In this document: piece by piece, positions 50,701-60,065 of the stretch
Layout: the number at the start of each line of letters is the position of its first letter
How positions within the stretch are numbered: position 1 is the stretch's first letter
Translations under genes and position numbers: made by a program
Source: Syntrophorhabdaceae bacterium
GTDB lineage: Bacteria; Desulfobacterota; Syntrophorhabdia; Syntrophorhabdales; Syntrophorhabdaceae
Length of the DNA: 64,000 bases
NCBI GenBank assembly: GCA_963666485.2
Contig: CAXXUO010000009.1
Span: 32,001-96,000, forward strand
Direction: 5' to 3'
Notes under the pieces: generated by a model
What the model was told of the DNA's origin: nothing
The model's database searches: none
Seen by the model: only the letters and a program-made list of their open reading frames with translations

Positions 50701-51442
50701 TGTTCCAGGGCGTGTTCTGGCCATAGCTATGGTTCATGATATTGATCTGCGGTTTGGCCGTGATCTTCTCTGTCGCCGGGTCGACGCCGCTCTTCCAGTA
50801 ATAGGCCTGCACATACAAAGCCCTTTTGTCCGTATCGTTCTTTTCGTATCCCGTGTAGGGATTAAGCGCGGCGATGGAAGCATATGGCGCGGCCCCCGTG
50901 CCGCCTATCTTGTTGCCTCCCCGGGCGGCCGCCACACCCGCCACGGCCTGTCCATGGTTGTCATCGTTATCAATGGGTCCTTGAGCCTGACCGGCAATAG
51001 TGCTGTCCGAACTGAAGTTCCGGCTGAGGTCTGACCTGTAGTTGGGCGCTATATCCGGATGGGTCCCCTGCACGCCGTCGTCGACGATCCCGATGACTAT
51101 TCCCTTACCCGTATATCCGAGCTTCCAGGCCTGCTTAAGGCCCGCGTCCACACCGGAGTTCGTCATCAGTACTTTACTCGTTCCCCCGTCAGGGATCGTA
51201 AGCTGAATGCCCGCAAGGGGTGCGTTATTTATAAGGTGCCACTGTCCGGGAAAGTCCGGCCTTGCCGTTGCGTCGTACAAGAAATACGGGTCGTCGGGGT
51301 AAAATGGGATAGTCTGGCAAAGAACGCCAAGAGGGAGAAATGCCACCGCGCAGAAAAGTAAAAATATCTTCGCCATAGTACGAACGGCCAACAAGAATTT
51401 GTTTTTTAGCATAAGATACCACTGATGTCCAAGATAACCCAT
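47774..51442 (-). CDS. S8 (kexin/furin-like) serine protease autotransporter with P-domain
   Basis: IVDDG, NHGQAVAG, SAGN, GGTSSSAP; NYGFG; P-domain (HTRRGDL, GKWTV); PGNSIGTL; C-terminal beta-barrel ending in F; AAGGAG RBS. Confidence 0.92.
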   Translation of the reverse strand: MGYLGHQWYLMLKNKFLLAVRTMAKIFLLFCAVAFLPLGVLCQTIPFYPDDPYFLYDATARPDFPGQWHLINNAPLAGIQLTIPDGGTSKVLMTNSGVDAGLKQAWKLGYTGKGIVIGIVDDGVQGTHPDIAPNYRSDLSRNFSSDSTIAGQAQGPIDNDDNHGQAVAGVAAARGGNKIGGTGAAPYASIAALNPYTGYEKNDTDKRALYVQAYYWKSGVDPATEKITAKPQINIMNHSYGQNTPWNTNDDLHGPNITSAINATTRNGIIHVWSAGNERGKANEDTGKDNVLTNANVITVAAMGSDGKFTDYSNYGSNVFVTAPSNRSGIYSGYYTFGITTTDRTGDSLGYNRYSTGNTKGDWTDQFPDTSYTSTFGGTSSSAPLVSGILALGMEANKQMDVRMAKHVLVSTSTKVDPNDASATGGWVQNGAGNWFNPNYGFGNINAGKFVETVKNVLYVTNQTSYATGTQTVNEKIKYFNGSTNMGTSKDLTLTTAELPASLRQPLEGVEVNLNFTHTRRGDLTAYITSPYGTKSRLFNSTQNLAADKQDSASVTNFGWTFLSNTFWGEDPLGGANKLSGKWTVTMGDVVNNEAATWNSYKVTLLMGKIVMGGGVVTQTADIKARSLTTLMADTVLINPSGLTMQFDEAVQISAGVFNVNGTVKMVRPANDEDPEDGFFVLDGGVVSGSGTIEAPYGFYHLSGTIKPGNSIGTLSIIGDYYQERQAKLLIEVASHTSNDVLAVTGGAYLNGILQTSWQGGVTPAIGTVFGAFLTATEGITGQFSSLLTNITPTVVFKPRYDVPNQVYLVVQRDYVNEVLLPFLNTNQRAVGTMLNSVGNTATGDLNTVLAAIDALRGYSQVPGVYDQIAPRGSEAIFSMGTSSAVFQAGNISDRLSDIRRGVRGTGLDGTFIRNSNFIRDGRDKPVLIASAGPDLTGMLPSGADDRWGAFVKGNAVSGDQRDTPDQLGYRFTSAGITFGMDYRFTNNLAAGLLVGYTGSRANVDDYDSKVKMDGYTLGAYGTWYSKGFFVDGQASYGWSDYRNTRRIVFPGIDRTATSKPAGRQFTLYGGTGYEFNVSKWTLVPTASLQYIKLNLDSFTESGAGALDLTVNSQDTQSLMGNFGGRIYYTFDTGKALIMPLIHASYGYDFLRGDQTITSRLAQGSSPFSIESPSPGRNFVLCGAGISMFLQNGASLSIGYSAQIGMDNYIAHNINGGLRVAF

Positions 51443-51793
51443 TTCCCGGACTCCTTATGTTATAAAACAACGGTTTAAGACAGTCAAATCCCTCATTCAC
51501 AAACGCGGGTGAATGGGGACATCCTTGACCCCCCCTGAACCCCCACTGTGCTGACAGCAGTCTGTCATGAGTGCGTCGCTGATTAAAGTTGAATAATATG
51601 CCGGATGAAAGGACAATAGATGAAACGGTGTTCCAGGGTGGTGGGTTGCCCAATGCAAGAACCGGGATTGCCGACGGAAAAGTGAACTCACAATCGAGTT
51701 CGCAAAAATACATTTTTCCTGCGACATGCCCCTGTCATCCTCAGATGATACGATCACCGCAACGACATTCAATCCGGGAGGTCAGAACCCGTC

Positions 51794-52297
51794 ATGAATC
51801 ACTACTGGGTTGTTGAGAACAAGTTCTTGGCCGGAGAGTATCCCAGGAATAGAGACGAAGAGACATCCCAGGGCAAGATCGATGCCTTGATCGCGCTCGG
51901 TGTAACGGCGTTCATTGATCTCACCCATGAAGCCGACGGGATGGAACCGTACACCCATCTTCTTCATAATTACAAATCCCGGGGAATCTCGTACCAGCAG
52001 TACCCGATACCGGACCTCTCGATTCCGGCATCGAAAGCGGCAACCAAGGAGATTCTCGATACGATCGATCAACATATCGCCAATGGCAGGATGGTTTACG
52101 TGCACTGCTGGGGAGGAGTGGGCCGGACGGGTGTTATCGTCGGGTGCTGGCTGGCACGCCACGGCTTTTCCGGAGACACCGCGCTTTCACGCCTGCATGA
52201 ACTCTGGCAGCAGAATCCCAAATCCAGGTTCAAAAGATCTCCCGAAACGCAGCTTCAGGAAAGGTACATCAGGGAATGGAAGGAAGAGCCTGTATAA
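51794..52297 (+). CDS. Protein-tyrosine/dual-specificity phosphatase family protein
   Basis: LAGEYP, PIPD, VHCWGGVGRTG, PET..Q. Confidence 0.9.
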   Translation: MNHYWVVENKFLAGEYPRNRDEETSQGKIDALIALGVTAFIDLTHEADGMEPYTHLLHNYKSRGISYQQYPIPDLSIPASKAATKEILDTIDQHIANGRMVYVHCWGGVGRTGVIVGCWLARHGFSGDTALSRLHELWQQNPKSRFKRSPETQLQERYIREWKEEPV

Positions 52298-52439
52298 CCG
52301 AACCCGGGAAATGATAAAGGGATGTAGTTGTCTTCGTCCCTTAGTTAAATGTCATCTTGGGTTTTCCGCCATTTAATCGGTTATGTATCGGATAACTTTC
52401 AAGGATTTACAAAATATTTAAACCTGAAAAAAATAAAGT

Positions 52440-52482
52440 GCGCGCCTGTGGTGACTCGAACACCAAACCTACGGATTAGAAG
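52440..52482 (-). repeat. att direct repeat 1: 3' half of tRNA-Arg(TCT)
   Basis: Reverse complement CTTCTAATCCGTAGGTTTGGTGTTCGAGTCACCACAGGCGCGC contains the anticodon loop (TCT), the T-arm TGGTG-TTCGAGT-CACCA and the acceptor 3' strand. Identical to 57027-57069. Confidence 0.9.
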
Positions 52483-52687
52483 TGGCTTGAAAGGAGGATT
52501 TTTCCTTTCCCGATCGCCACCTGATATTTCCTTATTAAGCTTTCAGTAGTTAACTATTTGAGAGTTATACCTATTGGCTCCAATATGCTATGTATGGATA
52601 CTGCACACTCAGTGTACATTAAGACTGAATACCCGAAATTGCGCAACGTTATCTGCCTAAAGGCGCATACGCTGTATCATGCGACTC

Positions 52688-53713
52688 TCAAGGTATATTC
52701 AAATCAATTTTCTTATTGGAGAAGCGATCCTTTAACATCTTGACCCCTTTTTCTCTTATGGTTGGGTCTTTGCTGGAAATCATAGCTTCTATTGCCCTGT
52801 CCCAACCAATTGATTTAAAAACATAATAATGGGTTATTTCGCGCAGTTTCTTATCATCGCTATTCAAACCACCAATCATTCCAGCAATGGATTCTGGTGT
52901 CTTCAGTTTAACTAGGACATCCAAGGCTAGATGTCGAACCGATTCATCTGAATCTCCTAAAGCGGTGCCGAGCAGTGGAATGACCGATTCACCGAGTGCT
53001 GAAATTTTTGAATCAATATTATAATTACTTGTCGGAATTATCACGCAGTCTTCTGTATCGGGCGATTTACCTTTATCCGGATTACCTCTTGCGAAACCCA
53101 GCCAAAAACCACATAGAGCTTCCTTCCCATACTCATTCCCGATGTGTCTTGAAATTGTTTCAAACATTGCATCTGGAAACCCAGCCTTTTTAAAGGCTTC
53201 CGCGTATGGCGCTTTATGTATGTCATCGGGACCGTACGGTACGCTTTTTGGAAGAGGATATTTTCCTATATATTCCTTGGTTAATTTAGACTGACCGGGC
53301 AAAAGGTAGGCAACAATAGCAATAACATTTACGCCAGTATACAGTATTTGATCGGGACGATTGACACAGCTATTACCGGTACCCACGCAAATGTATTTGC
53401 CCGAAAGCGCTTCCGCTTTCAAATTTATGTCGATGTGAAAATCACAACGCTCCGAATTATTGGCGATCGTGAAGCCTGCGCCGGCGAGAGCATTCTTCAA
53501 GCGAACATCTATAGGAAAGAATACATTCTTAATACCTTTAAATTGATTTTTCATACGAACACATGCTGAGACATTTTGTTTTTTGGCAGATACAGAAATC
53601 GGGGGCTTCACATTGCCCCTGGGAGCCTCGATATTTCCTTTGCAACAAGCAAAGACCACGAAACAAGTGAGACAGGCAATTATTCTAAGAATTTTCACGT
53701 TCAAAATCCTCAA
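52688..53713 (-). CDS. HEAT-repeat lipoprotein
   Basis: Hydrophobic N-terminus ending FACC; LGESVIPLLGTALGDSDESVRHLALDVL HEAT repeat; start uncertain. Confidence 0.7.
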   Translation of the reverse strand: MRILNVKILRIIACLTCFVVFACCKGNIEAPRGNVKPPISVSAKKQNVSACVRMKNQFKGIKNVFFPIDVRLKNALAGAGFTIANNSERCDFHIDINLKAEALSGKYICVGTGNSCVNRPDQILYTGVNVIAIVAYLLPGQSKLTKEYIGKYPLPKSVPYGPDDIHKAPYAEAFKKAGFPDAMFETISRHIGNEYGKEALCGFWLGFARGNPDKGKSPDTEDCVIIPTSNYNIDSKISALGESVIPLLGTALGDSDESVRHLALDVLVKLKTPESIAGMIGGLNSDDKKLREITHYYVFKSIGWDRAIEAMISSKDPTIREKGVKMLKDRFSNKKIDLNIP

Positions 53714-53960
53714 GAAGAATTATGTTTCCAAAACCACATTTACTAATAGATTTGGCACTAGTATGGTATTTTTATATTTCATTTTCTATGATTAACGCAA
53801 TGTAAAACATGACGACAGATTAAATATCCCATTTCCCTATCCCGAAATTATAAAATTACATTTCTGTTTTGTTTTAATCCTGTTTTTGATAACATGATTC
53901 CAAGGAAGCTAGGGTAGTCCCCAATACATCCATCAAATTTCGATAAGCTTGGAGATTCAA

Positions 53961-56282
53961 ATGACCAGAAAAATGAGGTTGGGATTTTACTGTCTGCTCG
54001 TTATCATCTGTTCGGCGTTTCTGGGATGCTATGCAATGGGTCCCAAGAATGCCGATATGTATTCACGGGGTCAATTTACCGATCTCGCGAAATACCAGGA
54101 AGAACGGCTGAAAACAACCTCAAATCCCGTCGAATGGTATTACCTGTGCGAAAGTTATTCCAACCTCAAACAATACAATAAACTGTTCCAATGTCTTGAT
54201 AATCTTGAAAACTCCATAAGATCCAGCTCTATAGATTATGTTTATTCGATGAACCCCTACATGCTGCGCGCTCTCGCCTATACGGAATTGGGTGAATACG
54301 ACAAAGCGCTGACAGAGGCCCGGAAAGATTTCAAGCAACCCGCACAAGTTGGGGCAGATGGTCAGATGGTCAAATCAATAAATCAGGTCAAGAAACTATC
54401 ATTATTGACCACTATATATATTTTGAAGAATGATCGAGAAAGAGCTGCGGCAACCCTTAAGACGCTCGAAACTTTTGACCTTCCGGTTTATGGCTGGGGA
54501 AGAGTCAGGTTCGAGAAACGTAACGGATTGGCCAAAGGTTATATGGGGCTCGGAGATTATAATAAGGCCCTGTCCAATCTGCAGGAAGAGGGAGGCATGG
54601 CAGCCTTAAACGCGGTATTGAGCCCTCTTGCAAATATCGTCTTGTCAGGTAATCAGCCTTTTGCTGAAGAAAGATATGATTCGTATTTACAAGTTCCCAG
54701 GCTTTTTATGCTGAATAAAGCACTCTTTGAAACGGGGCAACTTGAAAAAGCCAAAGAGGGATACGAAGAATTGCTCAAGAAGGCCCAGATATCCAGCAAT
54801 GGTGAAATATACTGGATGACTCTCTATGATCGCGGCAGAATTGCAGAAAAGGAAGGAAATCTAAAGGAAGCTGCCGGTTTTTATCAAAAAGCCATCGAAG
54901 TAATCGAGCAACAGCGGTCAACCATCAACACAGAGGTTAACAAGATTGGTTTCGTTACAAATAAGCAGGATGTGTATCACCGGCTCATTCGTGTTTTCTA
55001 CAATCAAAACGAATTCGGGAGGGCCTTTGAATACGTGGAGCGCTCCAAATCCCGGGCATTAGTCGATCTCCTGGCATCCGTTAAGGACTTTGCTATTAAG
55101 GGAGATAATGAAAAAGACATAAAAATAGACTTGGCGCTCAATGAAGAGAATGAAATCAATTCGGTAAGTCAGGATGTTACGGTCGATAAGGCAAAAACCA
55201 GATCATCTCTCGTCAAATCAAATCAGGATTTAAGAGCGAAAGCGCCCGAACTGGCTTCCCTCGTGTCTGTCACGTCTTACCCGATTCAGGAGTTGTCCAA
55301 ACTCATTCCGCCGGATGAAATGCTGATCGAATATTATTACCACCGGGAGGACATGTATGTTTTTGTTCTTTCCCGGAAAGGAATGATTCAGGCGGCCAAG
55401 ATCGACAATAATAACCTGGAGGCAGATATTCGTAAGTTTCGCCGAGACCTGGAATCACCCAGATCCTCTAATTCATCGGTATTATCGCAGAAATTATACA
55501 AAACGTTATTTGAACCGATAAACAAATATATCACCGTCTCTAAATTAACAATAATTCCCCACGGTGCACTCCATTATTTACCCGTGAATATTCTTTCTGA
55601 CGGAAACAAATACATTATCGATCGCTTCAGTATACGCGTAATGCCGAGCGCCAGCGCGATAAAATACATCGGTGACAAGAAATCCGACAGAAAGACCGGG
55701 GCACTCATCTTTGGAAACCCTGACTTAGGCAATCCAAGCGATGATCTCGTTTACGCAGAAAAAGAAGCCAAGAATATATCCAGCATCATACCTGCGTCCA
55801 AACTCCTTGTAAGGAAAGAAGCCACTGAAACTGCATTGCGTAGTTTTGGAGGATCGTATAAATACATTCATTTTGCTACCCATGGCCAATTTAACCCTAT
55901 TAGTCCATTAAATTCGGCTCTTCTTTTATCGCCCGATACCCGATCTAACGGTATATTAACGGTGGGCAAACTTTATTCACTTCGACTTGATTCCGATCTG
56001 GTTACACTAAGTGCGTGTGAAACGGGCCTTAGCAGAACGGCGAGCGGTGACGATCTCGTTGGTTTGACTCGTGGCTTTCTCTACGCAGGCTGTAAGGGTA
56101 TCATTGCCAGTCTGTGGAGGGTCGATGATGAAGCGACAGCCTATTTAATGGTCAGGTTCTATAAAGAACTCGATAAAAATAACAAACGTGAAGCCTTACG
56201 GATCGCGCAGCTGGATGCAAAAAAGAAATACAATCATCCCTTCTATTGGGCGTCTTTCCAGATAACGGGGAATGATAACTAA
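53961..56282 (+). CDS. TPR + CHAT domain protein, probable lipoprotein
   Basis: FLGC lipobox; TPRs; ERSKSRAL; IIPHGALHYLP; HFATHG; VTLSACETG; SLWRVDD; HPFYWASF. Confidence 0.92.
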   Translation: MTRKMRLGFYCLLVIICSAFLGCYAMGPKNADMYSRGQFTDLAKYQEERLKTTSNPVEWYYLCESYSNLKQYNKLFQCLDNLENSIRSSSIDYVYSMNPYMLRALAYTELGEYDKALTEARKDFKQPAQVGADGQMVKSINQVKKLSLLTTIYILKNDRERAAATLKTLETFDLPVYGWGRVRFEKRNGLAKGYMGLGDYNKALSNLQEEGGMAALNAVLSPLANIVLSGNQPFAEERYDSYLQVPRLFMLNKALFETGQLEKAKEGYEELLKKAQISSNGEIYWMTLYDRGRIAEKEGNLKEAAGFYQKAIEVIEQQRSTINTEVNKIGFVTNKQDVYHRLIRVFYNQNEFGRAFEYVERSKSRALVDLLASVKDFAIKGDNEKDIKIDLALNEENEINSVSQDVTVDKAKTRSSLVKSNQDLRAKAPELASLVSVTSYPIQELSKLIPPDEMLIEYYYHREDMYVFVLSRKGMIQAAKIDNNNLEADIRKFRRDLESPRSSNSSVLSQKLYKTLFEPINKYITVSKLTIIPHGALHYLPVNILSDGNKYIIDRFSIRVMPSASAIKYIGDKKSDRKTGALIFGNPDLGNPSDDLVYAEKEAKNISSIIPASKLLVRKEATETALRSFGGSYKYIHFATHGQFNPISPLNSALLLSPDTRSNGILTVGKLYSLRLDSDLVTLSACETGLSRTASGDDLVGLTRGFLYAGCKGIIASLWRVDDEATAYLMVRFYKELDKNNKREALRIAQLDAKKKYNHPFYWASFQITGNDN

Positions 56283-56397
56283 TGACGTTCACACTGCGTG
56301 TCGATAAAGGGCTTACACCTAATGGACAAATTTATTGTCAAAGATACGGCGGGCGAAACACGAATATTTGACACCGAATAAGTTTAAAGGGCTAAAA

Positions 56398-56889
56398 ATG
56401 AACAAAATATTAACGACTCTTTTATTAATTCTCCTATTGTGTACTTTTGGGTGTGGTGAAAATAAACAAGAAGCAGCGATAGCATCTCCGGCTGAAAGAG
56501 AATGGATCTCGCTTGGCAATACGGGGGATGATTATGAATTATTCTACGATAGACGAAACATAGAGAGAATCAACGACCCAATAATAAGGGTTTGGACGAA
56601 GCAAGTCTACAACGACAACGGCATAAGACAATACGTCGAGAAGATGACTAAAGTAGATAGTTCCTTCAAAAAGTTTCAGAAACTGAACTTCAGATATATT
56701 GAAGAATTCTTGGAATTAAACTGTAAAACGAGAGATTGGCGATTCATAGCACGAACCCATTATAGTGCAAACAAGTCTGTCATTAAATCCGAAAAAGTTG
56801 GGCAGCTAAATCCCACAGAGGGATGGTTACCCTTGGACACGCTGCAAGAAAAGATATGGCATGCAGAATGTCCATTCAAAAAACCTTAA
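56398..56889 (+). CDS. Lipoprotein, surface-adhesin E-like
   Basis: TFGC lipobox; W..LG, FYD...I, IIRVWTK, ELNCK motifs. Confidence 0.65.
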   Translation: MNKILTTLLLILLLCTFGCGENKQEAAIASPAEREWISLGNTGDDYELFYDRRNIERINDPIIRVWTKQVYNDNGIRQYVEKMTKVDSSFKKFQKLNFRYIEEFLELNCKTRDWRFIARTHYSANKSVIKSEKVGQLNPTEGWLPLDTLQEKIWHAECPFKKP

Positions 56890-57026
56890 TCAAACAAGGA
56901 TTAAAACGTTGCTGCATTTGTTTCCAGTTATTTAAAAATAGCAGGGTGCCAAATTATACAAAAAACTGGATATTTGGCCTGACAAGGGAGAATGTTCGAG
57001 ACACTTAAGTATCTAAAAACAAAGAA

Positions 57027-57069
57027 GCGCGCCTGTGGTGACTCGAACACCAAACCTACGGATTAGAAG
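57027..57069 (-). repeat. att direct repeat 2: 3' half of tRNA-Arg(TCT)
   Basis: 43/43 identical to 52440-52482; the flanks differ. Confidence 0.9.
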
Positions 57070-57343
57070 GCATTAACCCTCGGTTTCCTAACCTCCTCAA
57101 ATTAGGGAACTATTGGAAATGATTGAACATTAATTTAGCACATTTTCCATGCTTTTGCCGATTTTAGCAGGGTTTGGAAAGTTTTTCTCACACGGATTCA
57201 CACACGGGAATCCAATTTTGTTCTTGGCAATAAATGATCTAGTGCCATCTGAACGTATCTTTTTGTGGATTACGTCTGATAGAAATTAAAATCGAACTAC
57301 CCGAAGCACATTCCACTGTAACGTTAAAAGTTTTATCTTCCCA

Positions 57344-58096
57344 TCAAGTTTGTTTGGTGACCACATTTATATAATTATCCTTAATAACTTTTATTCTTTC
57401 CATTAATTTCTTTTTCTGAGGATTATTATCAATTGGCACCAGAAGTTGTTCATCATAAAAAGGATCGTTCATATCAATAGTGTTCATTAGTGTCCTGCGT
57501 GTTAGCAGGTTCGTAAAAATCGAATTGAATCGAAGACAGTTTTTATACGGCTGATTCATAAATGGTAAATCAGATTGTGCTGTTTGAACATTTTTTACAT
57601 TATATAGTCTTTCACAAAGAGAGGAAACATTTCCTGGTTCTGAAAACAGAAAAGGACTTCCACCTAAAGCTCCGGTGTCAAAGTATACATGTCTTCCATT
57701 TAACGACCCGAACCAAGCCAAATAAAGGCTCTGTATTTGTTTGTAACCATAAATAATATAAAATAAATCTCTAGGTATTCTATTTGAATCATATTTGTGG
57801 AAATGTCTTTTAACTCTGTTAGGCGGAATATGCAGGAAAAATTTATTCAATGGAATTTCCCATTCATATTCCCATTTGAAAGATCCGTCTTGTAATCTTA
57901 TTCGATTGAACTTAGGAGAAATAACCCAAAAGGTTACCCTATATTTATAACTAAAAATATTGTCGAGCAGATTAAGAATTTCCTGCTCCCCCCATGTAAA
58001 CTCCTTTGACATAAATTCAGGAACAAACATCTCCCCCCTATGAATCGCTTTAACGATAGTTTCAATGGGAAATTCCGAAGCAAGTCCATATAGCAT
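57344..58096 (-). CDS. Degenerate DUF262 (GmrSD N-terminal)-like protein
   Basis: Pattern VPEFMSKEFTWGEQEILNLLDNI...FW...YIIYGYKQIQSLY parallels P.FQR..W...LL.S...DGQQR.T.L. Confidence 0.5.
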   Translation of the reverse strand: MLYGLASEFPIETIVKAIHRGEMFVPEFMSKEFTWGEQEILNLLDNIFSYKYRVTFWVISPKFNRIRLQDGSFKWEYEWEIPLNKFFLHIPPNRVKRHFHKYDSNRIPRDLFYIIYGYKQIQSLYLAWFGSLNGRHVYFDTGALGGSPFLFSEPGNVSSLCERLYNVKNVQTAQSDLPFMNQPYKNCLRFNSIFTNLLTRRTLMNTIDMNDPFYDEQLLVPIDNNPQKKKLMERIKVIKDNYINVVTKQT

Positions 58097-58242
58097 ATGA
58101 TTATTGATCCTTATTTTAAATTTAGTATACTTTTATTTGTGAATAACCCAAACGAATTATTTGAAAATCTTTATCGTGATTCGAAATACGGATCGTTTTG
58201 TCCCTCATCTAGTGTTCCAAGCCCAATATAATTTCAAGCTTA

Positions 58243-58751
58243 TTAATTCAATAAATCCCGAAAAAGATCTAACCATTTAATGACATCTTCATCGGATAAT
58301 TCAGTTCATTTTATGTAATGACTTTCCGCGTGGATCGCTTTTTCAACAAAATCTTCATAATCCTCGTATTTAGAATCATCTGTAACCAGATATAGAATAT
58401 CAGGGATGCAACCAGCTTTTAACATGTTTATGAATTCCTCTGGCTCCAATTCCCAACCGTCTCCATATGTCAGGTCAATGCCATCCATATATTTAGTCAA
58501 GTCATATGTTTCGTTATGTTCCAGGGACATCCCATCATTATCCAACCTGCATAAAAATGCCTCTTGGATCCTTTGGTAAAATACACGGGAACAGTGTAAT
58601 CCTGAATTCTAAGGGGACCATAGAATCCTTCTTCATCAATACTGTAAGCGAGACCTCCATATATACCATGCGGAAATACCAAGTTACCTTTTCCCGATTT
58701 TTATTTTGTTATGATCTTGCGCAGACTCATTAATTTCATCATTTCACCCAT
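58243..58751 (-). pseudogene. Decayed hypothetical gene (two in-frame stops and one frameshift)
   Basis: MGEMMKLMSLRKIITK*KSGKGNLVFPHG... then a frame change to ...LDNDGMSLEH...HYIK*TELSDEDVIKWLDLFRDLLN*. Confidence 0.5.
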
Positions 58752-59089
58752 GATATAAGAAGCAGCCGTAATTTAAAACTGATAAATCGGCAAATATCGC
58801 TTGCCACGCCTTGATTGAATACCTGATCTGCTAAGTCTTAAGATATTACTAATAGGCTGCATGTTAATCAAGAATTCATTCGCCGCTCTCAATAACAAAG
58901 TGATTGTCATTGAATCCAAAGACGACACCCAGAAGACGGAATTTTAATTTTCATCTAATTTCATCAACATCTGGATAACCACTATTCAGTCCTTTAAGCC
59001 GCAGCACTTGAAATAACTTGCCGCATGGATGTACTATGAAATAATCGATACATGCATAGTTCTGACATAAAAAAAGGAATGGGTTGGTT

Positions 59090-60025
59090 ATGCTAAAGAT
59101 ATTAAGTTATCTGGAACGCAGACAAAACCGCAAGCTAGCGCATAAACTTGGTGATATTTACAATATGCAGGGAAAGCACTATGAAAAGTCTGGCCAATAT
59201 TTACTAGCTCTTAATTATTACTTATTTGCTATAGAAATTTGGAATATTGCGATTGAGCAACTCGGAGCTGACAAAGATAAATATGCTTATAGCAGTAGAG
59301 GTTACCTTCATGAGAAATTAGAGAATTTTCAGGAAGCTTATAGAGATTATGAAATTGCTCGATCACTGGGAGATAGCTTTGCACAGTATCGGGCAGAGGA
59401 TGTTGCCCACAAAATATCACGTTTTCATGGATTTGAATTTTTTGAACGGGATAGCAATATACCTCCAGATGACTCTGGGACAAAAATGATTCGAGAGCCT
59501 GATAACCCTGATCCTGAAATGATTTTAGACTTTAGTCGCATCGATTTAGAGGACCTCAAGATGCAAGTTGAAGCGTCGATAATCGAAAGCATTGCGGCAG
59601 AACATCCTGAGACGATGGAAGAGTACGGTTTGGACTGGATAAAAGATCGAGATAAATATAAAGAACGCGCAGACTACAGCTACCTAATGGAGGATTTCGA
59701 AACAGCCGCAGAATTATATACCAAAATATTGGATGGCGATCATGAAGATGACGAGATACTTCGGGAATATGCGTCAGAACATTTAGAAATGTATATCCGT
59801 CGGGCGATGGCGCATGATGAGTCGGGCAAAATTAACGATGCAATAACTGATTATAGTAAAGTCCTTAGTATTAACCCACGACTAACAGCACTCTATATTA
59901 AACGAGGACAAGCTAAAATGCGTTCGGGAGATTATACCGATGCAATGCAAGATTATAACAAGGCTTTTGAAAAAGATGAAAGATTAAGATTTATCTTCGA
60001 TAAGTCATTGAAAAACCCTACATGA
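59090..60025 (+). CDS. TPR protein
   Basis: YAYSSRGYLHEKLENFQEAYRDY and LYIKRGQAKMRSGDYTDAMQDY TPRs, split by an acidic linker. Confidence 0.8.
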   Translation: MLKILSYLERRQNRKLAHKLGDIYNMQGKHYEKSGQYLLALNYYLFAIEIWNIAIEQLGADKDKYAYSSRGYLHEKLENFQEAYRDYEIARSLGDSFAQYRAEDVAHKISRFHGFEFFERDSNIPPDDSGTKMIREPDNPDPEMILDFSRIDLEDLKMQVEASIIESIAAEHPETMEEYGLDWIKDRDKYKERADYSYLMEDFETAAELYTKILDGDHEDDEILREYASEHLEMYIRRAMAHDESGKINDAITDYSKVLSINPRLTALYIKRGQAKMRSGDYTDAMQDYNKAFEKDERLRFIFDKSLKNPT

Positions 60026-60065
60026 TGACTTTGTATCAAGGTGGTTGGAGAAACAGGAGCAACAT

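Larger units (their letters stand above)
52440..57069. mobile_element. ~4.6-kb tRNA-Arg-integrated island without integrase
   Basis: Bounded by identical 43-bp tRNA 3' repeats; AT-rich relative to the left flank. Confidence 0.8.

Noticed and set aside
52440..52482. Functional tRNA-Arg gene (also 57027-57069)
   Set aside because: Only the 3' half is present; neither copy has a D-arm or 5' acceptor strand.
58306..58308. Selenocysteine read-through at the in-frame TGA
   Set aside because: No evident SECIS-like hairpin, and the same gene has a TAA and a frameshift, so decay is the simpler explanation.
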